64,000 nucleotides of DNA from Malacoraja senta. Lineage: Eukaryota. This document shows, piece by piece, positions 48,161-59,784 of this stretch; positions within the stretch are counted from its first letter, which is position 1; each line of letters starts with the position of its first letter. The position numbers and the translations under genes were made by a program. Where the stretch lies: positions 17,114,001 through 17,178,000 of the forward strand of contig CM075987.1 of assembly GCA_038087875.1 (NCBI GenBank), read 5' to 3'. Under the pieces are notes generated by a model. The model searched no databases, was not told the DNA's origin, and saw only the letters and a program-made list of their open reading frames with translations.

Positions 48161-48810
48161 GTGGAGGGACAGGTGGAGGGACAGGTGGAGGGGCAGGGAC
48201 AGGGACAGGTGGAGGGACAGAGACAGGTGGAGGGACAGGGACAGGTGGAGGGGCAGGGACAGGTGGAGGGGCAGGGACAGGAGGAGGGACAGGGACAGGT
48301 GGAGGGACAGGGACAGGTGGAGGGGCAGGGACAGGGACAGGTGGAGGGACAGGGACAGGGACAGGTGGAGGGGCAGGGACAGGGACAGGTGGAGGGGCAG
48401 GGACAGGTGGAGGGGCAGGGACAGGTGGAGGGACAGGGACAGGTGCAGGGACAGGTGGAGGGGCAGGGACAGGTGGAGGGGCCGGAACAGGGACAGGTGG
48501 AGGGACAGGGACAGGTGGAGGGGCAGGGACAGGTGCGGGGGCAGGGACAGGGACAGGTGGAGGGACAGGGACAGGTGGAGGGACAGGGACAGGTGGAGGG
48601 ACAGGGGCAGGGACAGGTGGAGGGACAGGGACAGGTGGAGGGACAGGGACAGGTGGAGGGGCAGGGACAGGGACAGGTGGAGGGACAGGGACAGGGACAG
48701 GTGGAGGGGCAGGGACAGGGACAGGTGGAGGGACAGGGACAGGTGGAGGGGCAGGGACAGGGACAGGGACAGGTGGAGGGACAGGGACAGGGACAGGTGG
48801 AGGGACAGGG
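48080..48810. repeat. G-rich minisatellite (ggacag / ggacaggtggag units), left part
   Basis: Modules in multiples of 6 bp encoding GQ/GQVE in the NAT8 frame. Confidence 0.95.
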
Positions 48811-50208
48811 ACATAGATACATAGATACATAGAAAATAGGTGCAGGAATAGGCCATTCGGCCCTTCGAGCCTGCACCGCCATTCAATATGATCATGGCTG
48901 ATCATCCAACTCAGTATCCCGTACCTGCCTTCTCTCCATACCCCCTGATCCCTTTAGCCACAAGGGCCACATCTAACTCCCTCTTAAATATAGCCAATGA
49001 ACTGGCGTCAACTACCCTCTGTGGCAGAGAGTTCCAGAGATTCACCACTCTCTGTGTGAAAAAGTTTTTCCTCATCTCGGTCTTAAAGGATTTCCCCCTT
49101 ATCCTTAAGCTGTGACCCCTTGTCCTGGACTTCCCCAACATCGGGAACAATCTTCCTGCATCTAGCCTGTCCAACCCCATAAGAATTTTGTACGTTTCTA
49201 TAAGATCCCCTCTCAATCTCCTAAATTCTAGCGAGTATAAGCCAAGTCTATCCAGTCTTTCTTCATATGAAAGTCCTGACATCCCAGGAATCAGTCTGGT
49301 GAACCTTCTCTGCACTCCCTCTATGGCTATAATGTCCTTCCTCAGATTTGGAGACCAAAACTGTACGCAATACTCCAGGTGTGGTCTCACCAAGACCCTG
49401 TACAACTGCAGTAGAACCTCCCTGCTCCTATACTCAAATCCTCTTGCTATGAAGGCCAACATACCATTCGCTTTCTTCACTGCCTGCTGCACCTGCATGC
49501 CTACTTTCAATGACTGGTGTACCATGACACCCAGGTCTCGATGCACCTCCCCATTTCCTAATCGGCCACCATTTAGATAATAGTCTGCCTTCCCGTTTTT
49601 GCCACCAAAGTGGATAACCTCACATTTATCCACATTACACTGCATCTGCCAAACATTTGCCCACTCCCCCAGCCTATCCAAGTCACCTTGCAGTCTCCTA
49701 GCATCCTCCTCACAGCTAACACTGCCCCCCAGCTTAGTGTCATCCGCAAACTTGGAGATGTTGCTTTCAATTCCCTCGTCCAGATCATTAATATAAATTG
49801 TAAATAGCTGGGGTCCCAGCACTGAGCCTTGCGGTACCCCACTAGTCACTGCCTGCCATTGTGAAAAGGACCCGTTTACTCCTACTCTTTGCTTCCTGTT
49901 TGCCAGCCAGTTCTCTATCCACATCAATACTGAACCCCCAATACCGTGTGATTTAAGCTTGTATACTAATCTCTTATGTGGTACCTTGTCGAAAGCCTTC
50001 TGAAAGTCCAGATACAACACATCCACTGGTTCTCCCCTATCCACTCTACTAGTTACATCCTCGAAAAATTCTATAAGATTCGTCAGACATGATTTACCTT
50101 TCGTAAATCCATGCTGACTTTGTCCAATGATTTCACCACTTTCCAAATGTGCTGCTATCCCATCTTTAATAACTGACTCTAGCAGTTTCCCCACTACCGA
50201 TGTTAGAC
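48811..50208 (-). mobile_element. Very young 5'-truncated CR1 LINE with uninterrupted RT frame, inserted into the minisatellite
   Basis: 427-aa open frame 48911-50194 with RT motifs including FADD; 3' tail (tatctatg)n; minisatellite resumes at 50206. Confidence 0.93.
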
Positions 50209-50322
50209 AGGTGGAGGGGCAGGGGCAGGGACAGGTGGAGGGACAGGGACAGGTGGAGGGACAGGGACAGGTGGAGGGGCAGGGACAGGTGGAGGGGCAG
50301 GGACAGGTGGAGGGGAAGGGAC
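50206..50322. repeat. G-rich minisatellite, right part
   Basis: Same ggacaggtggag units as 48080-48810. Confidence 0.92.
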
Positions 50323-50369
50323 AACACTGTGCTGCCCCGTAACCTCCTCACCAAGCTCAGCAATTCACC

Positions 50370-50665
50370 CCTCCCCGTGACCCCACACCCCCTCTCCCCG
50401 TGACACCTCACCCTCTCTCCCCGTGACCCCTCACCCCACACCTCCTCTCCCCGTGACCCCTCACCCCGTCTAGCCGTGACCCCTCACCCACTCCGTGACC
50501 CCACACCCCCTCTCCCTGTGACCCCACACCCCCTCTCCCCGTGACCCCTCACCCCGTGACCCCTCACCCACTCCATGACCCCACACCCCCTCTCCCTGTG
50601 ACCCCACATCCCCGTGACCCCTCACCCACTCCGTGACCCCACACCTCAGCCCCTCTCCCCGTGAG
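50370..50665. repeat. C-rich minisatellite (ccgtgacccc..accc)
   Basis: gtgacccc recurs more than ten times. Confidence 0.85.
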
Positions 50666-51129
50666 TCGAAGCCTCAGCCCGTGGTACTGCGTGAGACAGG
50701 CCCTTCAATCCATCCTGACCCCTTGTTGACATTTACAGGCTGTGCTCAGCTCACCAACACACAACATACAACCACCCTGGTTTACAAAATGTTGAGTAAC
50801 TACATTTAAAAGACACTTGGGCAGGTACATGGGTGGGAAAGGTTTAGGGAGATATGGGCCCCACCAGGGCCAGTGGGACTATCTTTGATGGGGCATGTGG
50901 GTCGGTATGGACGGGTTGGGCAGAAGGGCCTGTTCTGTGCTGTGTAACTCTTTGACTGCAGAATTTTAAATACAATGGTGTTAAAACATTGGAATCTATG
51001 TTTGAAACATTGGAATTAAATGCTTGAAATCTATGATTAGTCTCACAGTACATTCCCACCAGCTCCTCATCCACACGTACCTCCCCACAACCTGTTCTGT
51101 CACATACTATATGAAAATCAAATTCCCAA

Positions 51130-51445
51130 CAGTCATAAAAGCACAAAATACATGAAACATGAGATTAAAGCGATGAATCGAAGGGCTTTGGGGGTGTGCA
51201 AAGATTGGGGGAGGGGACGTCGAGGGGCATCACTCAGTCTACCCCAAGGCAGAAGGGAGAGGAGTTGTACAGTTTGATAGCCACAGGGAAGAAGGATCTC
51301 CTGTGGCGTTCTGTGCTGCATCTTGGTGGAAACAGTCTGTTGCTGAAGGTGCTCCTCAGGTTGACCAGTGTGTCACGGAGGGGGTGAGCTGTGTTGTCCA
51401 GGATCCAGTAGAGGATCATCCTCCCCTCCAAGACCACTGTTGGTG
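51130..51445 (-). mobile_element. Rex1/Babar-like LINE 3' fragment
   Basis: ILDNTAHPLRDTL..STFSNRL..CSTERHRRSFFPVAIKLYN C-terminal motif, distinct from CR1. Confidence 0.75.
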
Positions 51446-51774
51446 AGCTCATACCAATTGTCCTTGCCTGAGGAGGCAGGTACTATCACAAGATTTAAAA
51501 GACACTTGGACAGGGACATGGATAGCTCAGGTCTGGAGGGATATGGGCCAAATGTGGGCAGGTGGGACTAGTGTAGATGGGGCATGTTGGTTGGTGTGGG
51601 CAAGTTGGGCTGAAGGGCCTGTTTCCACACTGTATCACTCTATGACTAGTGTAGATGGGGCATGTTGGCTGGTGTGGGCAAGTTGGGCTGAAGGGCCTGT
51701 TTCCACACTGTATCACTCTATGACTCTATGCAAGTTTCCGTACTGTATGACTCTAAAGATTGAAGAGTTCCAAG

Positions 51775-52110
51775 CTGAAACGTCACCTATCCATGTTCTC
51801 CACAGATGCTGCCTGTCCCGCTGCGTTACTCCAGCACTCTGTGAAACGTCACCTATCCATGTTCTCCACAGATGCTGCCTGACCCACTGCGTTACTCCAG
51901 CACTCTGTGAAACATCACCTATCCATGTTCTCCACAGATGCTGCCTGACCCGCTGAGTTACTCCAGCACTCTGTGAAACGTCACCTATCCATGTTCTCCA
52001 CAGATGCTGCCTGACCCACTGCGTTACTCCAGCACTCTGTGAAACATCACCTATCCATGTTCTCCACAGATGCTGCCTGACCCGCCCGCTGCGTTACTCC
52101 AGCACTCTGT
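51775..52110. repeat. 67-bp tandem repeat (5 copies) derived from a Penelope terminal repeat
   Basis: tgaaacgtcacctatccatgttctccacagatgctgcctgaccc..ttactccagcactctg repeated. Confidence 0.9.
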
Positions 52111-52276
52111 GTATATTTGGCATTGATCCAGCAGCATGTGCAGGTCGTCCTTGTTTGGACACTTTGAGCCAGGATTGTTGGGTTGAAGTTGCAAAGATGA
52201 AGGTTGTCCAGTAGGGAGTGGTGTGGTCACTGAGCTGCCCCTACGGTGAGGGTGGATGCAGCAGAATGTGGACACC

Positions 52277-52312
<36 letters not shown>

Positions 52313-52402
52313 GGCCCAGCCCCAGCCCCCTGTGGACACTCAGGGAGAGGGCGAGGGGGCGGTGCCGACGGTCGCTAGGTGACCAACGGATCAGCGTAGA
52401 GG

Positions 52403-52860
52403 GGGCGGGTCTGGGTGACGCAATGGGGCGGGGAAGTGGTGACGCAGTGGGGCGGGTCTGGGTGAGGGGGCGGGGACGTGGTGACGTAGATGGGCGGGTC
52501 TGGGTGACGCAATGGGGCGGGGACGTGCAGACGCAGTGGGGCGGGTCTGGGTGAGGGGGCGGGGACGTGGTGACGTAGATGGGCGGGTCTGGGTGACGCA
52601 ATGGGGCGGGGACGTGCAGACGCAGTGGGGCGGGTCTGGGTGAGGGGGCGGGGACGTGGTGACGTAGATGGGCGGGTCTGGGTGACGCAATGGGGCGGGG
52701 ACGTGCAGACGCAGTGGGGCGGGTCTGGGTGAGGGGGCGGGGACGTATTGACGTTGGGGGCGGTCTGGCTGACGTGCTGGAGGCGGGGAGGTGGTGACGT
52801 CACGGGGGCGGGTCCGGGAGCTGCCGGAAGTGAGGCACAAACTGAACCGGAAGTGCCGGA
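52403..52860 (+). promoter_or_regulatory. CpG-island promoter: 4 x 89-bp GC-box/CRE-like tandem repeat, full CRE and two ETS sites
   Basis: Units start at 52403, 52492, 52581 and 52670, each with four GGGCGG boxes and TGACGCAA (TGACGTAG in the first three). TGACGTCA at 52795-52802; CCGGAAGT at 52824 and 52847. Confidence 0.75.
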
Positions 52861-52908
52861 GGCGTCCAAGTTTTCCCGAGTGAAGTTGATCCGCGGCGGC
52901 GGCGACAG
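52830..52908 (+). other. Putative non-coding first exon of an unidentified plus-strand gene
   Basis: GC-rich segment with no ATG ending in donor cag|gtcagt (GT at 52909-52910), directly after the ETS motifs. Start position uncertain. Confidence 0.55.
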
Positions 52909-53479
52909 GTCAGTCCCGGCCCCGACACAGACACAGCACTACCCGGGCCCGACACACACACAGCCCCAGCCCCAGCCCGGGCCCACACACACACACACAC
53001 ACACACACACAGGGCCCCCATACACACAGCCCCCACCCGGCAGCGACACGCCGGCAGCGGGCGGGATGAAGGGGCCTCAGCCATTCCCGCCTCAACGTTT
53101 CCCAGTCCCCTCCCCTCCCACAACAACAGGCCCTTCGGCCCACAACATGATGCCGTCAAACTATCCTCAGCCTTCACATTCGCCATTCCCTGCTCTGCCA
53201 TGAGCCCAGTCTAAAGCCGCTTAAATACCACCACCGTCTCTGCCTCCTCTTCCACCACCATCCCTGGCAGTGTGTTCCAGGCACCCACCACCCTCTGTGT
53301 AAAAAACTCTCCTTCAGACTTTGCCCCTCCCCCTTACACCCTGGAAAAAGTGCCTGACTCTCAACCTGATCTATGCCTCGCATAATATTATACACACCTG
53401 TCAGGTCAGCCCTCAGTAGTTCCATCCCAGCTGCTTTCAGGCAACTGATTCATCCCACCACAACTGGAGAGCAGTGCAG

Positions 53480-53940
53480 GACTGGGACATATGATGAAAG
53501 AATGGGTCGACTGGGCTTGTATTCACTGGAAGTTAGAAGGTTGATACTGGGGGGATCTTATAGAAACATAACATTCTTAAAGGATTGGACAGGCTAGAGG
53601 CAGGAAACATGTTCCTGATGTTGGGGGAGTCCAGAACCAGGGATCACAGTTTAAGAATAAGGGGTTGGCTATTTAGGACTGAGATGAGGAAGAATCTTTT
53701 CACCCAGACAGTTGTGAATCTGTGGAATTATCTGCCACAGAAGGCAGTGGAGGCCAATTCACTGGATGTTTCCAAGAGAGAGATTTAGCTCTTAGGGCTA
53801 AAGAAATCAAGGGATATGGGGAGAAGGCAGGAACAGGGAAACTAATTGTGGATGATCAGCCATGATCATAATGAATGGCGGTGCTGGCTCAAAGGACTGA
53901 ACGGCCTACTACTGCACCTACTGTCTATGTTTCTATTAAC
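53480..53940 (+). mobile_element. CR1 LINE 3' fragment
   Basis: YDERMGRLGLYSLE..ESRTRDHSLRIRG and 3' UTR. Confidence 0.8.
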
Positions 53941-54710
53941 TAGTATCTACCTACATCAGGGACCCTCAGACTATCGAAGGGTTTCGGCCCGAAACGCTGC
54001 CTGTTTCCTTCGCTCCATAGATGCTGCTGCACCCGCTGAGTTTCTCCAGCATTTTTGTGTACCTTCGATTTTCCAGCATCTGCAGTTCCTTCTTTAACAC
54101 TTTGATCAGACTTTACTGGCTTCAGCTTGCACTAAACATTATTCACATTATTCCCTTGACCATGTATCTGTACACAGTGGACAGCTCGATTGTAATCATG
54201 TGACTGGTTAGTGCGCAACAAAAGCATTTCATCGTGCCTTGGTACACGTGACAATAAACTGAACTGAAACGCAAACCTCCACTGTTCCATAGAAAACTAT
54301 CCAAGTGTGTCCAACCTCTGCCAGTAGCTGAAAGCCACTGATCCAGGCAGCATTCTGGTAAACCTCCTCTACCCCATCTCCAAAGCCTCCACGTGTTGTT
54401 ACTGAGCTATACCCCATGGTTTCCATGCTGTCGGAGAATGGTGTCTCTCTGCTCTTCCCAGAGAATGAGCTACTATTATCCAATACAATTGCTCTACTCC
54501 TTTAATTCTTTTCTTTATCTATTGGACTTAAGTTTAGCTCAATTGTATTTAACTTTTGTATATCTGAACATTGGATAGCAGGCAAAAAACATTTTACTGT
54601 ATCTTAATACATGTGACAATAATAAACCTAAACCCTCCTCACAGTCCGTGACCAAAACAATCTTGGTGTCATCTGCAAACTTACTAACCAAACCATTACA
54701 TTTACATCCA

Positions 54711-54931
54711 AGGTAGACAAAAGTGCTGGAGAAACTCAGCGGGTGAGGCAGCATCTATGGAGCGAAGGAAATAGGCAACGTTTCGGCCCGAAACCCTTCT
54801 TCAGTCTGAAGAAGGGTTTCGGCCCGAAACGTTGCCTATTTCCTTCGCTCCATAGATGCTGCTGCACCCGCTAAGTTTCACCAGCACTTTTGTCTACATT
54901 CGATTTTCCAGCATCTGCAGTTCCTTCTTGA
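54711..54931. mobile_element. Palindromic Penelope-terminus insertion with 13-bp TSD in a CR1 fragment
   Basis: acatttacatcca at 54698-54710 and 54932-54944; near-perfect inverted repeat 54713-54897 centred on 54805. Confidence 0.88.
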
Positions 54932-55654
54932 ACATTTACATCCATTTATATATATCACAAACAGCAGAGGTCCCAGCACAGATCCCTGTGGAACTCCACT
55001 GGTCACCGACCTCCAGCCTGAATATTGGCCTTCCACCACAACCCTTACTAAAGATGTTAGCAAGGTAAATCCTTTACTAATATCCATGCTGACAACATCC
55101 ACTTCTTCTTTCATGTCCATCTTCCATGTTTCAAATGTTGACATCGCTGTCATCGTCCGTCCTGAAAAGGATGCAAGCTTCCGGCGACAATCAGTGGGAG
55201 CCATCACTTGTTGTAATAGATGATGGTGGTAGCAGAATTAGCTCAGGATACTTCCAGTTTCCAGCCCCGCGATGTGGATGCTTCTGCTATCCACTGCCCA
55301 ACTGTCATCAATCACCTTCATCGCCTCCTGAAAAAACTCAATCCAAAGACTTGATCTGGCTTTCTAAGTTACAAAGCCATCCTGTCTATCCCTAATTAAT
55401 CCATTCCCTTACAAATTGAGTGCATCCTATCCTGAAGAATCCTCTCCAATATCTTCCTTCCTAATGTGGTGCTCGCCAATGTATAATCCCCTGGATTCTC
55501 TCTTCTTCCCTTCTTAAACAAAGGAACAACATTGGCTGCTCTCCAGTCTTCTGGGACATCGCCTGTGGCTAGAGAAGATATAAAGATCTTTGTCAAGCCT
55601 CCCGCAATCTCTTCTTGCCTCTCTCAGTAACCTGGTCCTGGTGATTTATCAAGT

Positions 55655-56330
55655 TAGGCAAGAGGTTCACTTGCACCTCCTCCAACCTCATCTACTGTAT
55701 CCATCCTTGAAGATGTGGACTCCTGTACATCGACGAGACCAAACGTAGACCAGGCGATGATTTTGCTGAACACCTTCGCTCAGTCTGCCTGGACCTACCT
55801 GATCTCCCGGGTGCCAAACACTTTCATTCCCCTTCTCCTTCCCACACTGATCTTTCCGTCCTAGGCCTCCTCCATTGTCAGAGTGAGGCTAATCACAAAT
55901 TGGAGGAACAGCATCTCATATTTCGCTTGGACAGCTTACAGCCCAGTGGTATGAATATTGGTTTCTCTAACTTCATATTACCCTTGCACTCCCTCTCTCT
56001 ACATCCCACCCCACCCAGGTCGCACCAGGTTCCCATTCTCACCCAGCAAACAATGGCCTGTTTCCTTTATCATTGTTACTTTTATTGCATCTTTCATTCA
56101 TTTGCACTATATCTATCTACATCATCATCTATATACATAGATACATAGATACATAGAAAATAGGTGCAGGAGTAGGCCATTCGGCCCCTCATTTCCCGCT
56201 CCCCTGACTAGCCTGAAGAATGGTCTCAACCTGAAATGTCACCCATTCCTTCTCTCCAGAGATGCTGCCTGTCCTGCTGAGTTACTCCAGCACTTTGTGT
56301 CTATCTTCGGTTTGAACCAGCATCTGCATT
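55655..56330 (+). mobile_element. Penelope-like element 3' part (GIY-YIG endonuclease remnant + terminal repeat)
   Basis: RFTCTSSNLIYCI..CGLLYIDETKR..FAEHLRSV..LEEQHLIFRLDSLQPSGMNI, followed by pLTR with degenerate ctgaagaa..gaaatgtc. Confidence 0.85.
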
Positions 56331-58330
56331 TCAATAGACAATAGGTGCAGGAGTAGACCACTCGGCCCCTCGAGCCAACACCGCCATTCAATGTGATCAT
56401 GGCTGATCATCCCCAATCAGTACCCTGTTCCTGCCTTCTCCCCATATCCCCTGACTCTGCTATCTTTAAGAGCCCTATCTAGCTCTCTCTTGAAAGTATC
56501 CAGAGAACTTTCCGCCGTCCTCTGAGGCAAAGAATTCCACAGACTCATAACTCTTTCCTTCCTACATATTAAAACCTATGGAGTTGTGATCACTATCCCA
56601 AGATGCTCTTCCACTGATCCATCCGAACACACTTCAGTTCCCAACACAAGGTCACAAATTCATCTCACAAACTATGCCCTGTCTAAGCCTCTGGCACTGA
56701 GCAAGTCACAGTCAATATTGGGGAAGTTAAAGTCACCACTAAGACAACCCTGTTGCTTTGGCATCTTTCAGTCATCAGTCTACATATCTGCTCCTCTATC
56801 TGCCGCTTGCTACTAGCGGGCTTATAGTACAATCCCATTAGAGTGCTCTCACCTTTCTTGTTTCTAAGCTGCAGCCACTCCGCCTCAGTGGATGAACCAT
56901 CCAGTATGTCCTCTCTGAATGCCGTCGTGATAGTCTCCATGATCAGTAATGTAACTCCTCCACCTCTTTACCTCGCTCTCCATCACGTGTGAAACATGGA
57001 AACACCACAACATTGAGCTGCCAGTCATGTCCATCTCACATCCATGTTTGCCAATGGCCACAACATCATAGTCCCAAACACTGATCCAGGCTCCAAGCTC
57101 AACAGCTCAACACAATACTCCTTGCATCAGCGAGGCCTATCAGCATCACCATCTTTCTTCCCCCCTCCCTGCCTGTTTCCCCGTTGAATCTCACTGATCC
57201 TAAACTCCACCTTCCCAACACTCCTTCCAATTTCTGACCCACTGCCCTGCTTCCCAGCTCCAAACGCAGTCTGACCAAACGTATAAAGCTGCATCCTGAC
57301 TTCTCGACTCACACTTACTGCCCTGACCAACACCAAATATACCATGCGCTTTCTTTACCATTCTATCTAGGGAGCTCAGGGGCTTGGACCCCAAGAACCC
57401 TCTGGGCATCAATGCTGTCAAACAATCTAGCGGAGGATCTCAGTGGGTTGAGCAGCACCTGGGCGTGGAGAGACCCTGCGTGCGTGTGTGTGTGTGGACG
57501 GCAGCACCATGTGCAGAGTGGGCCCGACCCGCTGAGCTCCTCCAGCTGGGTGCGTCTTCAGCATCTGAACACCCCAGGGTTCTGCCGCTTACTGTAAACT
57601 CTCTTCTTACGTTAGACTTGACACAGTGCATCAGCTGTCACTGGTCCAGATGAAACCCCAGCTGCCTTTCTTTGTCCACATGCTCCATATGCTGCTGGAT
57701 CCTTTGATGAACCCTCACTATCCACAACTCCACCAAATGTACATACTCCTTAGTCTGTCTACATTTGCCTCCACAACAATAACTTGTATTGCAGAGAATC
57801 ATTTGGAGTATTGCGTTCAATTTTAGTCACCCTGTCATGGAAAGGATGGCACTAATCTGAAAGATTCACGAGGATGTTGCCAGGACCCGAGGGTCTCAGC
57901 TACAGGGAGAGCTTGGGCAGGCTAGGTCTCTGTTCCTTGGAGCGCAGCAGGCTGAGGGGTCTTATAGAGGTGTATAATATCATGAGAGTGTACAAAAGAG
58001 AGAATTAATTGATTGATCTTTTATCCAGAGTAGGGGAATCTAGAACCAGAGGTTTAAGGTGAGAGGGGAAAGGTTTAATAAGAATCTGAGTGGTAACTGT
58101 TTCACTCAGGTGTATGGAACGGGCAGCCAGAGGAGGTAGTTGAGGCTGGGACAGTAGCGACATTTAAAAGACACTTGGGCAGGAAGATGGAGAGGACAGG
58201 TTAGAGGGAGACAGGGGAAGCATGGGGGAATAGGAGCAGCTTCGATGGGGCATGTTGGTCAGCATGGACAAGGGTACCAAAGGTCCTGTTTCTGAGCTCT
58301 ATACACTTTGACTCCATGAAACAACGGGTC
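56330..58330. mobile_element. Degenerate CR1 fragments (endonuclease region minus, 3' region plus)
   Basis: WLQLRNKKGESTLMGLYYKP (56683-56940, -); HLEYCVQF and 3' region (57795-58330, +). Confidence 0.65.
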
Positions 58331-58399
58331 ACAATTATCATCCCTTTCGAGCCCCGCTCGTCATAGACCTCAACCAGAGCAACCCCTCCCCAAGAGGCC

Positions 58400-59715
58400 C
58401 CCCCTTCTCCAAGAGACCCCTCCGCCCACAGACCCCTCCCCCCACAGACCCCACCCCCACACAGACCCCCACACAGACCCCACCCCCCCACAGACCCCAC
58501 CCCCACAGACCCCTCCCCCACACAGACCCCACCCCCCACAGACCCCACCCCCACAGACCCCACCCCCACAGACCCCTCCCCCACACATCCCCCCCAAAGA
58601 CCCCTCCCTCCCACAGACCCCTCCCCCCCACAGACCCCTCCCCCACACAGACCCCAGCCCCACAGACACCCACCCCCACAGATCCCTCCCCAAGAGAGCC
58701 CCCCCCACCCCACAGACCCCTCCCCCCACAGACCCCTCCCCCACACAGACCCCTCCCCCCCACAGACCCCTCCCCCACAGACACCCACCCCCACAGACCC
58801 CTCTCCCACACAGACCCCTCCCCCACAGATCCCACCCCCACAGACACCCCCTCCCCAACAGACCCCTCCCCCACACAGACCCCTCCCCCACAGATCCCAC
58901 CCACACAGACCCCACCTCCACAGAACCCTCCCCCACACAGACCCCTCCCCACACAGACCCCTCCCCCACACACACCCTCCCCCCCACAGACCCCACCCCC
59001 ACAGACCCCTCCCCACACACCCCTCCCCCACACAGACCCCCCACACAGACACCTCCCCCCACAGACCCCTCCCCCCCACAGACCCCTCCCCACACAGACC
59101 CCTCCCCCACACAGACCCCACCCCCACACAGACCCCTCCCCCCCACACACCCCTCCCCCACACAGACCCCACCCCCACACAGACCCCTCCCCCACACAGA
59201 CCCCCCCACAGACCCCACCCCCACACACCCCTCCCCCACACAGACCCCTCCCCCACAGACCCCACCCCCACAGACCCCTCCCCCACAGACCCCTCCCCCC
59301 ACAGACCCCACCCCCACAGACCCCACAGGCCTCTCCCCCATTGACCCCTCCACCCACACACCCCTCCCCCCCCACAGACCACTCCCCCCCTACAGACCCC
59401 TCCCCAAGAGACCCCCCTCCCCCACAGACCCCTCCCCCCACAGACCCCTCCCCAAGAGACCCCCTCCCCCCACAGACCCCTCCCCCACACAGACCCCTCC
59501 CCCCCACAGACCCCTCCCCAAGAGACCCCCCTCCCCCACAGACCCCCCCACAGACCCCTCCCCAAGAGACCCCTCCCCACACAGACCCCTCCCCCACACA
59601 GACCCCTCCCCCACAGACCCCTCCCCCACTGACCCCTCCCCCACTGACCCCTCCCCCACTGACCCCTCCACCCACACACCCCTCCCCTCCCCCCCAGAGA
59701 TCCACCCCCCACAAA
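58400..59715. repeat. C-rich minisatellite (ccccacagacccct), ~1.3 kb
   Basis: Variable 13-18-bp units; minus strand rich in G-runs. Confidence 0.95.
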
Positions 59716-59784
59716 CCTCCAACCAGAGCAACACCATCCACGAGTGTAAAATAGAACTAGTCAGCGGGTGATCACTGCTTGGTC

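Noticed and set aside
48036..48905. Pro-rich / Cys-Pro / Leu-Ser ORFs on the minus strand
   Set aside because: Antisense frames of the ggacag minisatellite.
54417..54506. Short ORF with LLFPE, faintly like a TPRKB N-terminus
   Set aside because: Similarity limited to a few residues, early stop, no convincing splice sites.
58201..59741. Gly/Trp/Val-rich 467-503-aa ORFs
   Set aside because: Low-complexity satellite translations open in all three minus frames.
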